Counted from the stretch's first letter, positions 49,734 through 59,541 are shown. The stretch: DNA of 64,000 nt from an uncultured Lentisphaerales bacterium (GCA_943788985.1 CALSSJ010000017.1:83795-147794), one strand, 5' to 3'. Notes: generated from the sequence alone by a model not told the origin. Numbers and translations: made by a program.

Positions 49734-49961
49734 GCCTGCGGCTGGCCATTCAAAATCCACAAAAGGATCGACTAGAGTCGACTCACATCGACAGCTGTCG
49801 ACTAGAGACGATCTGTTGGTGCTACCGGTCTTAACTTGGAAATTGGATATTCCTTGTTGGCTGTTGGATATCGATCAAGTTGTCGCAGCGGGTTGCTACT
49901 GGCGACGAAGGCGCGATTGTATCAGGTTCAACAATACGCTCCCTTCGATCGAGAGATAACC

Positions 49962-51827
49962 ATGCCCAAGAAACGCTTCCGCAGCTCCCGTACCACACAG
50001 GGGCGCCACATGGCAGGCGCACGTGCACTCTGGCGCGCCACCGGCTTCAAGACTGAAGACTTTCAGAAGCCCATTATTGCTATCGCCAATTCCTTTACCC
50101 AGTTCGTCCCCGGACACGTTCATCTCCACAGCTACGGCCAGATGATCAAGAAGATGATCGATGATGCCGGCGGCGTAGGCGTAGAATTTAATACCATCGC
50201 CGTCGATGATGGTATCGCTATGGGCCACGGCGGCATGCTGTATTCCTTACCTAGCCGCGAGCTGATTGCCGATAGCGTAGAATATATGGTCAATGCCCAT
50301 GTGGCCGATGGCCTGATCTGTATCTCGAATTGCGATAAGATTACGCCCGGGATGATGATTGGGGCCATGCGCCTGAACATCCCCACGATCTTTATCGCTG
50401 GCGGGCCTATGGAAGCTGGCAAGGCCGAGACCTCCCAAGGCGAAATTTCCTTGGATCTCGTCGATGCCATGGTGATGGCTGCCGATGACTCCGTATCCGA
50501 TGCCGACCTGGACCAAATCGAAGCCAACGCCTGCCCCACCTGCGGCTCCTGCTCCGGTATGTTTACGGCCAATAGTATGAACTGCCTCGCCGAGGCATTG
50601 GGGATCGCTCTGCCGGGCAATGGCACCATTCTTGCCACCCACTCCCTGCGCCGCACGCTCTTCGAACAAGCAGCCACGCGCATCGTCGAGATGTGCAACG
50701 CGCACTATCTCGAAGGCGATGACTCCGTTCTCCCGCATTCGATTGCGAACTTCGCAGCCTTTGAGAACGCCATGGCCTGTGACATTGCCATGGGCGGCTC
50801 CACCAACACCGTGCTGCACATCCTGGCCATCGCCAGAGCCGCCGGTTTGAACTTCACCATGCAGGACATCGACCGCCTCTCTCGTGGCACGCCCTGCGTC
50901 TGTAAGGTTGCGCCAAGCTCAGATTACCACATGGAAGACATCAGCCGCGCTGGCGGGATCCCCACGATCCTCGGCAAGCTCGAACGCGGTGGCTTTTTTA
51001 AAGGCGAGTGTCTTACCGTATCCGGCGACACGCAGGCCGTCCAGATCCGGAAGAACGATATTCACCTCAAAGCCGACGAGCTGACTGACCACGCTGTACA
51101 ACGCTCATTGTCCGCACCTGGCGGCGTCCGCACCAAGGTCGGCTTTGGCCAAGAAGAACAGTACGCCGAGGCAGACACCGATGCTAAGACCGGCGCCATC
51201 CGTGATGTTGAGCACGCCTACAGCCAGGACGGCGGCCTTTGCGTCCTCTTCGGCAACATTGCCCAGGAAGGCTGCATCGTCAAAACCGCAGGCGTAGACG
51301 CCAGCATTCACATCTTCTCCGGCCCGGCTCGCATTTGCGATTCGCAGGAAGAGTCCGTCGACCTCATCCTCGGCGGCAAGATCAACGAAGGTGATGTCGT
51401 CATCATTCGCTACGAAGGCCCCAAGGGTGGCCCAGGCATGCAGGAAATGCTCTACCCCACCTCGTATCTGAAGTCGCGCAAGCTCGACAAGCAATGCGCC
51501 CTGATCACAGACGGACGCTTTAGCGGTGGCACATCCGGACTCTCCATCGGCCACGTCTCCCCAGAAGCAGGCGAAGGTGGAAACCTCGGTCTGCTCCAAG
51601 ACGGCGACATCATCGAAATCAACATCCCGCAACGCTCCATCAACGTAAAACTCAGCGACGCCGAACTGGATACCCGCCGCACCGAGATGGAAGCACTTGG
51701 CGATGACGCATTTACGGCTATCGGCCGCGAGCGTGTTGTCAGCGAGGCATTGCAGGCATACGGCCTCATGGCTACATCAGCAGCAACCGGCGCTGTTCGC
51801 GATATCAGCAAGCTGCGCCGCGCTTAA
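49962..51827 (+). CDS. ilvD: Dihydroxy-acid dehydratase
   Basis: Contains [49 protein letters not shown] and [21 protein letters not shown]. Confidence 0.95.
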   Translation: MPKKRFRSSRTTQGRHMAGARALWRATGFKTEDFQKPIIAIANSFTQFVPGHVHLHSYGQMIKKMIDDAGGVGVEFNTIAVDDGIAMGHGGMLYSLPSRELIADSVEYMVNAHVADGLICISNCDKITPGMMIGAMRLNIPTIFIAGGPMEAGKAETSQGEISLDLVDAMVMAADDSVSDADLDQIEANACPTCGSCSGMFTANSMNCLAEALGIALPGNGTILATHSLRRTLFEQAATRIVEMCNAHYLEGDDSVLPHSIANFAAFENAMACDIAMGGSTNTVLHILAIARAAGLNFTMQDIDRLSRGTPCVCKVAPSSDYHMEDISRAGGIPTILGKLERGGFFKGECLTVSGDTQAVQIRKNDIHLKADELTDHAVQRSLSAPGGVRTKVGFGQEEQYAEADTDAKTGAIRDVEHAYSQDGGLCVLFGNIAQEGCIVKTAGVDASIHIFSGPARICDSQEESVDLILGGKINEGDVVIIRYEGPKGGPGMQEMLYPTSYLKSRKLDKQCALITDGRFSGGTSGLSIGHVSPEAGEGGNLGLLQDGDIIEINIPQRSINVKLSDAELDTRRTEMEALGDDAFTAIGRERVVSEALQAYGLMATSAATGAVRDISKLRRA

Positions 51828-51835
51828 CAGCCCCT

Positions 51836-51867
51836 GGATAGCGCTCGGTCTGGATCCGAGCCTATCC
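51836..51867 (+). terminator. Hairpin 8 nt after the ilvD stop (no U-tract)
   Basis: GGATAGcGCTCGG-tctggat-CCGAGCCTATCC, 12 bp with one bulge. Confidence 0.45.
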
Positions 51868-51956
51868 ACCGACTGCTAAGCGACCAACTCCCCTCACACA
51901 CACTTTTAAGGACGGGCCTTCCCGCATCACACGATGTGGCTGGAGCGCCTTTGACT

Positions 51957-53756
51957 ATGCAAGACATCCGCAACATTGCGATTATCGCTCACGTCGACCA
52001 CGGAAAAACTACCCTAGTCGACAAAATTCTGGCCCAGCTCCAGCTACTTCGCACCGCCGAAGCCGAGCAGGACTGCCTGTTAGACAGTAACGATTTAGAG
52101 CGCGAGCGTGGGATCACCATTCTCTCCAAAAATATCAGCGTTCGCTACGGTGAGACCAAGATCAACCTCATCGATACCCCCGGCCATAGTGACTTCGGCG
52201 GTCAAGTCGAGCGCGTCCTACATATGGCAGACGGCGTCCTCTTGCTAGTCGACTCCGCAGAAGGCCCCATGCCACAGACTCGCTTTGTCTTGGGCAAAGC
52301 ACTTGAGGCTGGCCTCCATCCCATTGTGGTCATCAATAAGATCGACAAGGCCGACGCCCGACCCGAGGCGGTCATCGATGCGGTCTTCGACTTGTTCGTC
52401 GAACTCCATGCTACCGACGCACAGCTAGATTTCCCCATCCTCTACGCAAGTGGCCGCGATGGCTGGGCCACCACCGACCTTGATGCCCCGAGCACGACTA
52501 TCGTCCCGCTGCTCGACGCCATGATCGAGCACGTCCCGGCCCCAACGCTAAACGAAGGCCCGGCCCAATTGCAGATCACCTCCATCGACTACTCCGAGTA
52601 TCTTGGCCGGATTGGCATCGGCCGTGTCCATCGCGGCACAGTCTCCCGCGGCTTCGTCGCGGTCTGCAAACCCAATGGCGACTCCCGCCAGGGAGAGATC
52701 CGACAGCTACACGTCTTCGAAGGTTTAGGAAAGGTCGAAGCCGATTCCGTGATCTATGGCGAAATCTGTGCCGTTGCCGGCATCACTGACATTGACATCG
52801 GTGACACGATCTGCCCCACCACCAATCCAGAAGCGCTGCCGGCCATCACCATGGACGAGCCTACCTTGACCATGGTCTTCCGCGTCAACGACTCGCCGTT
52901 CTATGGCAGAGAGGGAAAATTCCTCAGCAGCCGCCACCTCCGTGAGCGCTTGCTGCGCGCCGCAGAAGCAGACGTAGCGCTGCACATCACCGAGATGGAC
53001 GGCGATGCCTTTGAGATCGGCGGACGCGGCGTCCTCCACTTCTCGATTCTGCTCGAGACCATGCGTCGCGAAGGCTACGAGCTAGCCGTCTCACGCCCGC
53101 ACGTCATCTTCCATGCTGGCGACAAAGGCCGCGAAGAACCAATTGAAATTCTCAACGTTGAAGTGCCTTCAGAGTCCGCAGGTAAGGTCATTGAGCTGGT
53201 CGGCATGCGCCGCGGTGAAATGGTTTCTATGGACCCGCAGGGCGATCGCCAGCTTCTCGTCTTTCGCGTGCCAACTCGCGGCCTGATCGGGCTGCGTAGC
53301 AAGCTCCTCACTGCCACCGCAGGTGAGGCCATCATCAATCACCTGTTCGACGCCTATGAGCCCTATCGTGGCGCCATTCCCGGCCGCCAGAACGGTGTCC
53401 TAATCAGCATGGACCAAGGCCCAGCTGCTGCCTACGCCATCGACGCCCTTCAGGCTCGCGGCACATTTTTCGTCGGCCCTACCCAGGATATCTACGAAGG
53501 CATGATTGTCGGCGAGAATTCCAGAGATGGCGATCTAGTGGTCAACCTGCAAAAAGGCAAGCAACTGACCAACGTCCGCGCCAGCGGCACCGACCGCAGT
53601 CTCAAGATCGCGCCTCCGATCCGCTTCAGTCTCGAAGAAGCCCTCGAGTATATCGAGGACGACGAGTTGCTCGAGATCACACCTGAAAACATCCGTCTCC
53701 GCAAGCGCCATCTCACCGAGAACGGGCGCAAGCGCAACCGGAAATCGATCGGCTGA
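51957..53756 (+). CDS. typA: Translational GTPase TypA/BipA
   Basis: Contains [31 protein letters not shown]-type and NKID motifs, plus EF-G-like domains. Confidence 0.95.
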   Translation: MQDIRNIAIIAHVDHGKTTLVDKILAQLQLLRTAEAEQDCLLDSNDLERERGITILSKNISVRYGETKINLIDTPGHSDFGGQVERVLHMADGVLLLVDSAEGPMPQTRFVLGKALEAGLHPIVVINKIDKADARPEAVIDAVFDLFVELHATDAQLDFPILYASGRDGWATTDLDAPSTTIVPLLDAMIEHVPAPTLNEGPAQLQITSIDYSEYLGRIGIGRVHRGTVSRGFVAVCKPNGDSRQGEIRQLHVFEGLGKVEADSVIYGEICAVAGITDIDIGDTICPTTNPEALPAITMDEPTLTMVFRVNDSPFYGREGKFLSSRHLRERLLRAAEADVALHITEMDGDAFEIGGRGVLHFSILLETMRREGYELAVSRPHVIFHAGDKGREEPIEILNVEVPSESAGKVIELVGMRRGEMVSMDPQGDRQLLVFRVPTRGLIGLRSKLLTATAGEAIINHLFDAYEPYRGAIPGRQNGVLISMDQGPAAAYAIDALQARGTFFVGPTQDIYEGMIVGENSRDGDLVVNLQKGKQLTNVRASGTDRSLKIAPPIRFSLEEALEYIEDDELLEITPENIRLRKRHLTENGRKRNRKSIG

Positions 53757-53779
53757 AAAGCTGGCAGCAGCATCTGGAA

Positions 53780-54592
53780 GTGGCCCTGGGTACGACAATT
53801 CGTACCTGGCGGCCACTGCACGGCGGTTGCATCGCCCAAGCCTTCCTTGCGGAGTCCGCAACAGATCAATTCTTCGTCAAGCATTGCCCAGCTGGCGCGC
53901 CCGAGATGTTTGCCGCGGAGGCCGCCGGCCTGCGAACGCTTGCGAACTCCGCAACCCTTCGCATCCCGGCCGTCCTCGCCGTCAGCGAAGCATTTCTCGT
54001 CCTCGAGTATGTCGAGCCGGGCACACCTGGCCCAGCCTTCATGCCCGATTTCGGTGCCCAGTTCGCCGCCCTGCACCGCGCCTCCGCAGCCAAATTCGGC
54101 TTCACCGGCGACACTTTTCTTGGCACCACGCGCCAGCACAATGCGGAGTCCGCAAGCTGGCCGGAATTCTTCTACGAGCATCGCCTTGTCGCCCAGCTCC
54201 AGCTAGCCGAGCAAAACCACCTGGCCACGCCCGAGCTTCGCCACGCAATCCGCAGTCTCGAAGCGCGCATCGCCCAGCTTCTCGCCACCGACGAGCCTCC
54301 CGCCCTGTTGCACGGCGATCTTTGGTCGGGGAATTTTCTCGTCGCTCATGATGGCGCCCCCTGCATCTTTGATCCCGCCGTTTACTATGGAAGTCGCGAA
54401 GCCGACCTAGCGATGACCTATCTCTTCGGCGGCTTCGACTCAGCGTTCTACGACGCCTACCAAGAAGCGTGGCCGCTCCCCGACGGCCACGCCCGTCGTC
54501 GCCGCCTCTACGAAGCCTACCACATGCTGAACCACCTCAACCTCTTTGGCTCCAGCTACTACAGCGCGGCCCTCAGCCGCCTGACTGCCTAA
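53780..54592 (+). CDS. Fructosamine/ketosamine-3-kinase family protein (start uncertain)
   Basis: Contains HGGCIAQAF, FFVKH, LVLEYV, LLHGDLWSGNF and READLAM. The frame stays open upstream to at least 53738, and no ATG/GTG/TTG occurs in it before 53780. Confidence 0.8.
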   Translation: MALGTTIRTWRPLHGGCIAQAFLAESATDQFFVKHCPAGAPEMFAAEAAGLRTLANSATLRIPAVLAVSEAFLVLEYVEPGTPGPAFMPDFGAQFAALHRASAAKFGFTGDTFLGTTRQHNAESASWPEFFYEHRLVAQLQLAEQNHLATPELRHAIRSLEARIAQLLATDEPPALLHGDLWSGNFLVAHDGAPCIFDPAVYYGSREADLAMTYLFGGFDSAFYDAYQEAWPLPDGHARRRRLYEAYHMLNHLNLFGSSYYSAALSRLTA

Positions 54593-54831
54593 CAACTCGA
54601 AGGTTCGTAGTGAGCCTCCTAGCGAAGCGGAGTGGCGTTCTTTCGTGCGACATGTCTGGAAATCTTAGGACTTGGTGACTCCATGACTCGATGATACCCG
54701 ACTACGTCGTAACTACGCTGAAGTGGTGATAAACTGGCTGACGAGCGGCCCCACAGGATGAGCTTGGTGTCCGATCCCGAAATGTACCTGCATATTCGGG
54801 TACAACTTAACGGGCCATAGTATCGCGCTAA

Positions 54832-54848
54832 ACTAGACTTAGTCTAGT
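54832..54848. promoter_or_regulatory. Candidate operator palindrome upstream of the antitoxin gene
   Basis: ACTAGAC-tta-GTCTAGT, with 7-bp arms, lies 24 nt upstream of ATG 54872. Type II TA operons are usually autoregulated at such palindromes. Confidence 0.45.
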
Positions 54849-54871
54849 CAGGTCAAGCGGAGCAAGAAAAC

Positions 54872-55096
54872 ATGCAAGTCAATATGCTGGAAGCAAAGAC
54901 AAATCTATCCAAGCTCGCGGCATTCGTTGCTGATGGCGGTGAGAAAGTGGTTATCGCCAAGGCCGGAACGCCTTTAGTGGACTTAGTTCCCCATCAAGAG
55001 GCCAAGGCTCGCACTCCAGCCGGCTACGATGTGATTATGGACGAGTTCGATCAAGCAGACGATGTGATCGCGGCATTATTTGAAGGGCGGGAATGA
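54872..55096 (+). CDS. Phd/YefM-type antitoxin
   Basis: MQVNMLEAKTNLSKLAAFVADGGEKVVIAKAGTPLVDLVP. 74 aa, overlapping the toxin start by 4 nt. Confidence 0.75.
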   Translation: MQVNMLEAKTNLSKLAAFVADGGEKVVIAKAGTPLVDLVPHQEAKARTPAGYDVIMDEFDQADDVIAALFEGRE

Positions 55097-55482
55097 GACG
55101 GATCCTGCTCGATACGCACGCCCTCCTCTGGTTTATCGCCAGATCTGGCAGCTCCCTTGGACCTGAAGCGCTCGCCTTGATTATCGAACCGCGCAATCAT
55201 GTCTACGTGAGTGTAGCCAGCACGTGGGAGATCTCTATCAAGCGAGCCTTGGGGAAACTCCAAGCGCCAGCGGATATGGACGCGATTGTAGAGGACAAGT
55301 CCCTTTCAAAGCTACCCTTCACCCTATTCCATGGCGATCTCGCCGGCGCACTTCCTGCGCTGCACAATGATCCTTTCGATCGCATGCTGATCGCCCAGGC
55401 CCAAGTCGAAGGTTTGGAACTAATGACCAGCGATCATAAAATGCGGCAGTACAAAGTTCGGTGTATCAACGCAGCCCAGTAG
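55093..55482 (+). CDS. vapC: PIN-domain VapC-family toxin
   Basis: Contains ILLDTHALLW (first acidic residue), STWEISIK and DPFDRMLIAQA...LMTSD. Confidence 0.8.
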   Translation: MRRILLDTHALLWFIARSGSSLGPEALALIIEPRNHVYVSVASTWEISIKRALGKLQAPADMDAIVEDKSLSKLPFTLFHGDLAGALPALHNDPFDRMLIAQAQVEGLELMTSDHKMRQYKVRCINAAQ

Positions 55483-55951
55483 CAGAATCGCGCCTTGTGC
55501 GCAATCACTACTCCCCCGTTACGGCCACGCTGACACGGTGACGGCACCAGCTTCAATAGCAACGTCTTGGAGATGGGCGCTTTCGATTCGTGTGGAAGAC
55601 ATATAGTTGGGCATTATCTCCGCGAGAACGCATGTATCGGTCACGGGCCTGTGTTTTCGGCCTTGCAGTCTAGAACGAGCTTGCAGCGATGAATGAACAC
55701 CTCGGGTAGAGTGCGAACATCGGGCTAATCGTCGGCTGAATCGTCTCGTATTTCTTCCCTTCCTTCTTTCCTTCCTGTTCAGCACCATCAGACGTGGCTC
55801 AGCGACCTGGCACTGTCTGGAGAATCAAGGTCAGTCGCGTCCATGGCCGCTACGCTCCCCGCAGCCTCCGCCCACGCAAGGCCCAGCACTTGATTGTAGC
55901 CTTTTTGATGTTTGGGTTGAAAAATTTCGAAAGACAGGGAACTGTGCAGTC

Positions 55952-56734
55952 ATGGAATTCAGACCTTGCATAGATCTTAAAGACGGCCGCGTGGTCCAGA
56001 TTGTAGGTGGCTCCCTCTCAGACAGCGATCGCTCCGCCGTGCAAACCAACTTCACGACCGACCGTTCGCCTGCGGAGTTCGCAAACCTGTACCGTGAGGA
56101 TGGCCTGACCGGCGGGCATGTGATCGCGCTAGGGCCGGGCAACCAGGACGCTGCACTCGCGGCATTCGCCGCCTATCCCGGCGGGTTGCAGATGGGCGGC
56201 GGCGTAAACCTGGACAATGCGACCAGCTATCTGGACGCTGGTGCCAGCCACGTCATCGTCACGTCATTCGTCTTCCGGAACGGCAAGATCGACCAATCAC
56301 GGTTAGACGCCCTCATTGGCCGCATTGGCAGCAAGCGGCTGGTCTTGGATCTCAGCTGCCGCCAACGAGACGGCCGCTACTGGATTGTCACCGATCGCTG
56401 GCAGACCTTTACCGATGTCTGCGTCAGCCCCGAGACCTTGGCCCAACTTGGCGGCCAGTGCGATGAGTTTCTGGTCCACGGCGTCGATGTCGAAGGCCAC
56501 CAGGCTGGCATCGAGGAAGAGCTCGTCGCCCTTCTCGGCGAGCATTCTCCGATTCCTTCCACCTACGCGGGCGGCGCCCGCCATTTCGCCGACCTGGAAC
56601 GGGTCAAGGAACTTGGTCGCGGCCGTGTCCACCTCACGATCGGCAGCGCCCTCGATATCTTTGGCGGTGCCCTCCCCTACCGGGACGTCGTCGCCTGGCA
56701 TCAGGCCCAGGGCAATGACACATCCTACCGGTAG
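55952..56734 (+). CDS. hisA: ProFAR isomerase of the eukaryote-like (His6) type
   Basis: [18 protein letters not shown]...TNF...GGHVI.LG...[12 protein letters not shown]...GASHVIVTS...RLVLDLSCR...IVTDRWQ...[17 protein letters not shown]...TYAGG...[11 protein letters not shown] closely follows the yeast HIS6 / plant HISN3 pattern. Confidence 0.75.
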   Translation: MEFRPCIDLKDGRVVQIVGGSLSDSDRSAVQTNFTTDRSPAEFANLYREDGLTGGHVIALGPGNQDAALAAFAAYPGGLQMGGGVNLDNATSYLDAGASHVIVTSFVFRNGKIDQSRLDALIGRIGSKRLVLDLSCRQRDGRYWIVTDRWQTFTDVCVSPETLAQLGGQCDEFLVHGVDVEGHQAGIEEELVALLGEHSPIPSTYAGGARHFADLERVKELGRGRVHLTIGSALDIFGGALPYRDVVAWHQAQGNDTSYR

Positions 56735-56795
56735 AAATCAATCCAGGCGATTCGCATCGTCTCGGGGTTTGCCGCTAGAATCTCGGCGGACAGAC

Positions 56796-57143
56796 TCAGT
56801 TCAAACCAACCTCCGGCTTCCCAACTACCCGCAGGCGAGCATCATCAAGCGCCACGGGCTTGCCATTGGCCTTCAGCTCGATCCGCGGCCCCAGATCTCC
56901 ATGGCTGGCTACACTTACAGCCAGCGTGTGACAAGCGGTCTTGTGCTTGCGCGATTTCAAGCCCTTCAGGTACAGGCGAACCACCAGGCGCTCAGGCAAG
57001 GCATCGCCACGTTGCACCGTGGCCGGCCCAATCCCGACCTGACTGCCGTAAGATCTGTCTCGCGATCGCAGCTCACCTCGATCGCCCTCGCCTGCAACGC
57101 TGCGAGCAGCACACAGCCTAGCAGTCCAAATCGCCGGTAGCTC
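56796..57143 (-). pseudogene. Small secreted protein, apparently frameshifted near 57020-57040
   Basis: ATG 57143 opens a frame that gives a signal peptide (MSYRRFGLLGCVLLAALQARA). That frame stops after 58 codons. A second frame carries on as ..GPATVQRGDALPERLVVRLYLKG...KANGKPVALDDARLRVVGKPEVGLN to 56796. Confidence 0.35.
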
Positions 57144-57308
57144 ATGGCACAGTCCTCTTTTTACCTGATCATCCCCTCTTCCTTACCCGCGCCCTGCAAG
57201 AAGTCAACAGTCACTCCGAGAGCTTCCCCCTCACCGTCGAGTAGTGGTTCCCCCATCGCTACGAGGGAACGGCACTTCCGTGCCTGACTACGAACCCCAT
57301 GCCCCAGC

Positions 57309-57338
57309 AATCTGCGAAAATCTGTGAAATCTGCGGAT
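57309..57338. repeat. Three helically phased 10-bp direct repeats
   Basis: AATCTGCGAA AATCTGTGAA ATCTGCGGAT lie in the gap between the metallophosphoesterase stop (57411) and the small secreted gene start (57143). Confidence 0.7.
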
Positions 57339-57410
57339 AGCCTCTTCTCCCCCTTCGACAGTCCTCCTTCCGTGCCTTCCGTGGTTCAAAATCCTCCCCC
57401 CCTCCGGCTC

Positions 57411-58079
57411 TCAGCGCACCTCATTCACAAAGTTTGCCTCCCAGCCCGTCGCTCCCTTCACGAGATCAATGACGACCGGTTCATTGGCAACCTTGTAGCT
57501 GCGATCGACAATACTGGCATTCACACAGGTGGTCTTCCCCAGCGTAGAGACGCCATAACTTTCGTGGATGTGCCCGAACAAGCAGAGCGTCGGCTGGATG
57601 CGCTCAAGGGCAGCCGCCAGCTCCTGACACCCCGACCGGTCACCACCTGACGTCAGGTCACGATGTCCATGAGGCGGACCGTGTACAATCACCACATCAG
57701 TATCGTCCGGGATCAGGTCCCACTTTTCCCGGAGCGCCTTGCCCCGACGGAGGTTGAACGCCCAATTGAAGAACAGAGGCTGCCACGGCGTCCCGTAGAA
57801 CTTGACGCCCTCGAACTCGAAAGCCTGATCCTGCAGATACCTGAAATTCTTCACGATCCGCAGCGCCGCATCGTGCTCACGCTCAAAGCAGAAATCGTGG
57901 TTTCCAGCGATCACAAAGATCCCTCGAAAGTCCAGCGTCCCCGCCCAGCGATTAAACTCTCGGAGTTCGTCAAGCGTCCCCATCCGCGTCATATCGCCAG
58001 CGTGCACAAGCACATCGCCTGACGGCAAACTAGCCTGTCCATGCAATGAGTGGGTATCACTGGTCACAACAATTCGCAA
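57411..58079 (-). CDS. Metallophosphoesterase-family protein
   Basis: Contains IVVTSDTHSLHG, VHAGDMT, IAGNHD, VHGPPHG and GHIHESYG. Confidence 0.8.
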   Translation of the reverse strand: MRIVVTSDTHSLHGQASLPSGDVLVHAGDMTRMGTLDELREFNRWAGTLDFRGIFVIAGNHDFCFEREHDAALRIVKNFRYLQDQAFEFEGVKFYGTPWQPLFFNWAFNLRRGKALREKWDLIPDDTDVVIVHGPPHGHRDLTSGGDRSGCQELAAALERIQPTLCLFGHIHESYGVSTLGKTTCVNASIVDRSYKVANEPVVIDLVKGATGWEANFVNEVR

Positions 58080-58190
58080 AGCAACCTCCTGCCTTTTTCC
58101 TTCTTTTACGTCCTGGGCCCAGAAAGGGACGACCAGCCTCTTCCTATTCTCTGTGCCCTCTGTGGTGATCCTCTTCTCGCTCTGCCCCCG

Positions 58191-59198
58191 CTACTGCTCC
58201 CCAGCCAGGTCCGGGGCAACCCAGCGATTACTTCTGGCCCCTTCATAAATTGCGGTCATTACAGCCACGCTGTAGGCAGCTTCGTCGGCGCTGATAAACG
58301 CGCCCGTCGGCCGCCCAGCCACGCCATCCAGAAACGCCTGAAACGGATGCGGTGCCGCGTCCGGAAGATCCTCCCAGATCTCTCCGTCGGCCCCCTCGAT
58401 GTGCGCTGAATTCAGATGCAGCTTGCCATTTATCACCGTGGCCCATCCCTCCGTGCCAAAGACTTGCAGGGTAATCGGATTTCCGACATCCACCCAGCTA
58501 GCTGCAATGCTGCCAATGACACCAGACTTAAACTTCAAAAAGCCTTCACCGGTCTCATCGCACCCGGGATAGCGATCTGTCACCGACATGATCGAGCCAG
58601 TCACCTGCTCGACTTCCCCAAACAGCCACAGCAACAGGTCCAACGAATGCGTGCCAAGGTCGCCGTAGGCGCCACAGCCCGCAATGGCGGGATCCGCCAT
58701 CCAGCGCCAGTCGCTGTCGAACCAGCCAGCCAAAGCGCCCGAGTGACAGTTCGAATGGCGCACCCGGGTTACGGTCCCAAAAGCTCCAGCCGCAAGTTGC
58801 CCGCGGATGAACATATGAGCCGCATTGGCACGATTGAAGTAGCCAGTCTGAAACTTCACCCCGGCTTCGCGGATTGCTGCAGCCATCGAGTATGAATCCG
58901 CCGCGGCCATCCCGAGTGGCTTCTCGACAAACATATCCTTCCCAGCTGCAGCAGACGCCAGCACCAGCTCCTCATGTTGGTCAGTCTCTGAGCAGATAAC
59001 TACGGCCGGAATCGATGCATCGGCCCAGATCTCATCCAAGCTCACAACGGGTGCGCTGAGTGCCTCTGCTCGCTCAGCGGCCCGGCCCGCATCCTGGTCC
59101 CAAACCGCGACAGCTTGGATTTCCGCATCTTCGTTAATGCGCTTGATGAAGCTCGGGGCGTGAATATGGCCGCCGCCAATCAATGCGATGTTCGTCAT
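58191..59198 (-). CDS. Gfo/Idh/MocA-family NAD(P)-dependent oxidoreductase
   Basis: ATG 59198 is preceded by AGGAG. Contains IALIGGGHIHAPSF and VEKPLG. Confidence 0.75.
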   Translation of the reverse strand: MTNIALIGGGHIHAPSFIKRINEDAEIQAVAVWDQDAGRAAERAEALSAPVVSLDEIWADASIPAVVICSETDQHEELVLASAAAGKDMFVEKPLGMAAADSYSMAAAIREAGVKFQTGYFNRANAAHMFIRGQLAAGAFGTVTRVRHSNCHSGALAGWFDSDWRWMADPAIAGCGAYGDLGTHSLDLLLWLFGEVEQVTGSIMSVTDRYPGCDETGEGFLKFKSGVIGSIAASWVDVGNPITLQVFGTEGWATVINGKLHLNSAHIEGADGEIWEDLPDAAPHPFQAFLDGVAGRPTGAFISADEAAYSVAVMTAIYEGARSNRWVAPDLAGEQ

Positions 59199-59521
59199 GA
59201 GAACTCCTGCCGTACCAAATGAAGGATCCCTGCTCGTAGACAATAACCGCTTTTCCCCCAGCCGCGATCCCGCCCTGGATTTGATACCTACAGGTGATTC
59301 TGATCCAGCAAATAGGAGCCCGCCCAATCCCGTGCCTTGGTGGCCATTTGCGGCCTGCCCAGTCATGATTTCCGGCTGCGTCTTGCTGTACGATGGCGTC
59401 AGCGAGAAACAACTCCTGACGCTCATTGAGCCCATAGCGCGGTTGGTGCTAGCCATTCCCGCCATCGTCTATGGCCATGGATTTGGGTGGTTCTCAACCT
59501 ACCCTGCTTCGGCCAAAAAGG

Positions 59522-59541
59522 AGGATGGCGATCGCCATCCT
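59522..59541. promoter_or_regulatory. Perfect 20-bp palindrome in a divergent intergenic region
   Basis: AGGATGGCGATCGCCATCCT is its own reverse complement. It lies between divergently transcribed genes at 58191-59198 (-) and 60016-60759 (+). Confidence 0.4.

Noticed and set aside
49077-51632. Long minus-strand ORFs (49077-49760, 50132-50698, 50247-50819, 51105-51632)
   Set aside because: They are antisense to ndk and ilvD, whose identities are secure. I treat them as GC-driven spurious frames.
1767-59535. Copies of the cyanobacterial HIP1 octamer GCGATCGC (for example 1767-1774 and 59528-59535, plus a few more)
   Set aside because: I saw only a handful of copies. For a GC-rich 8-mer in 64 kb that is not clearly above expectation. 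The real enrichment belongs to the 13-mer TGCGRASTYCGCA.
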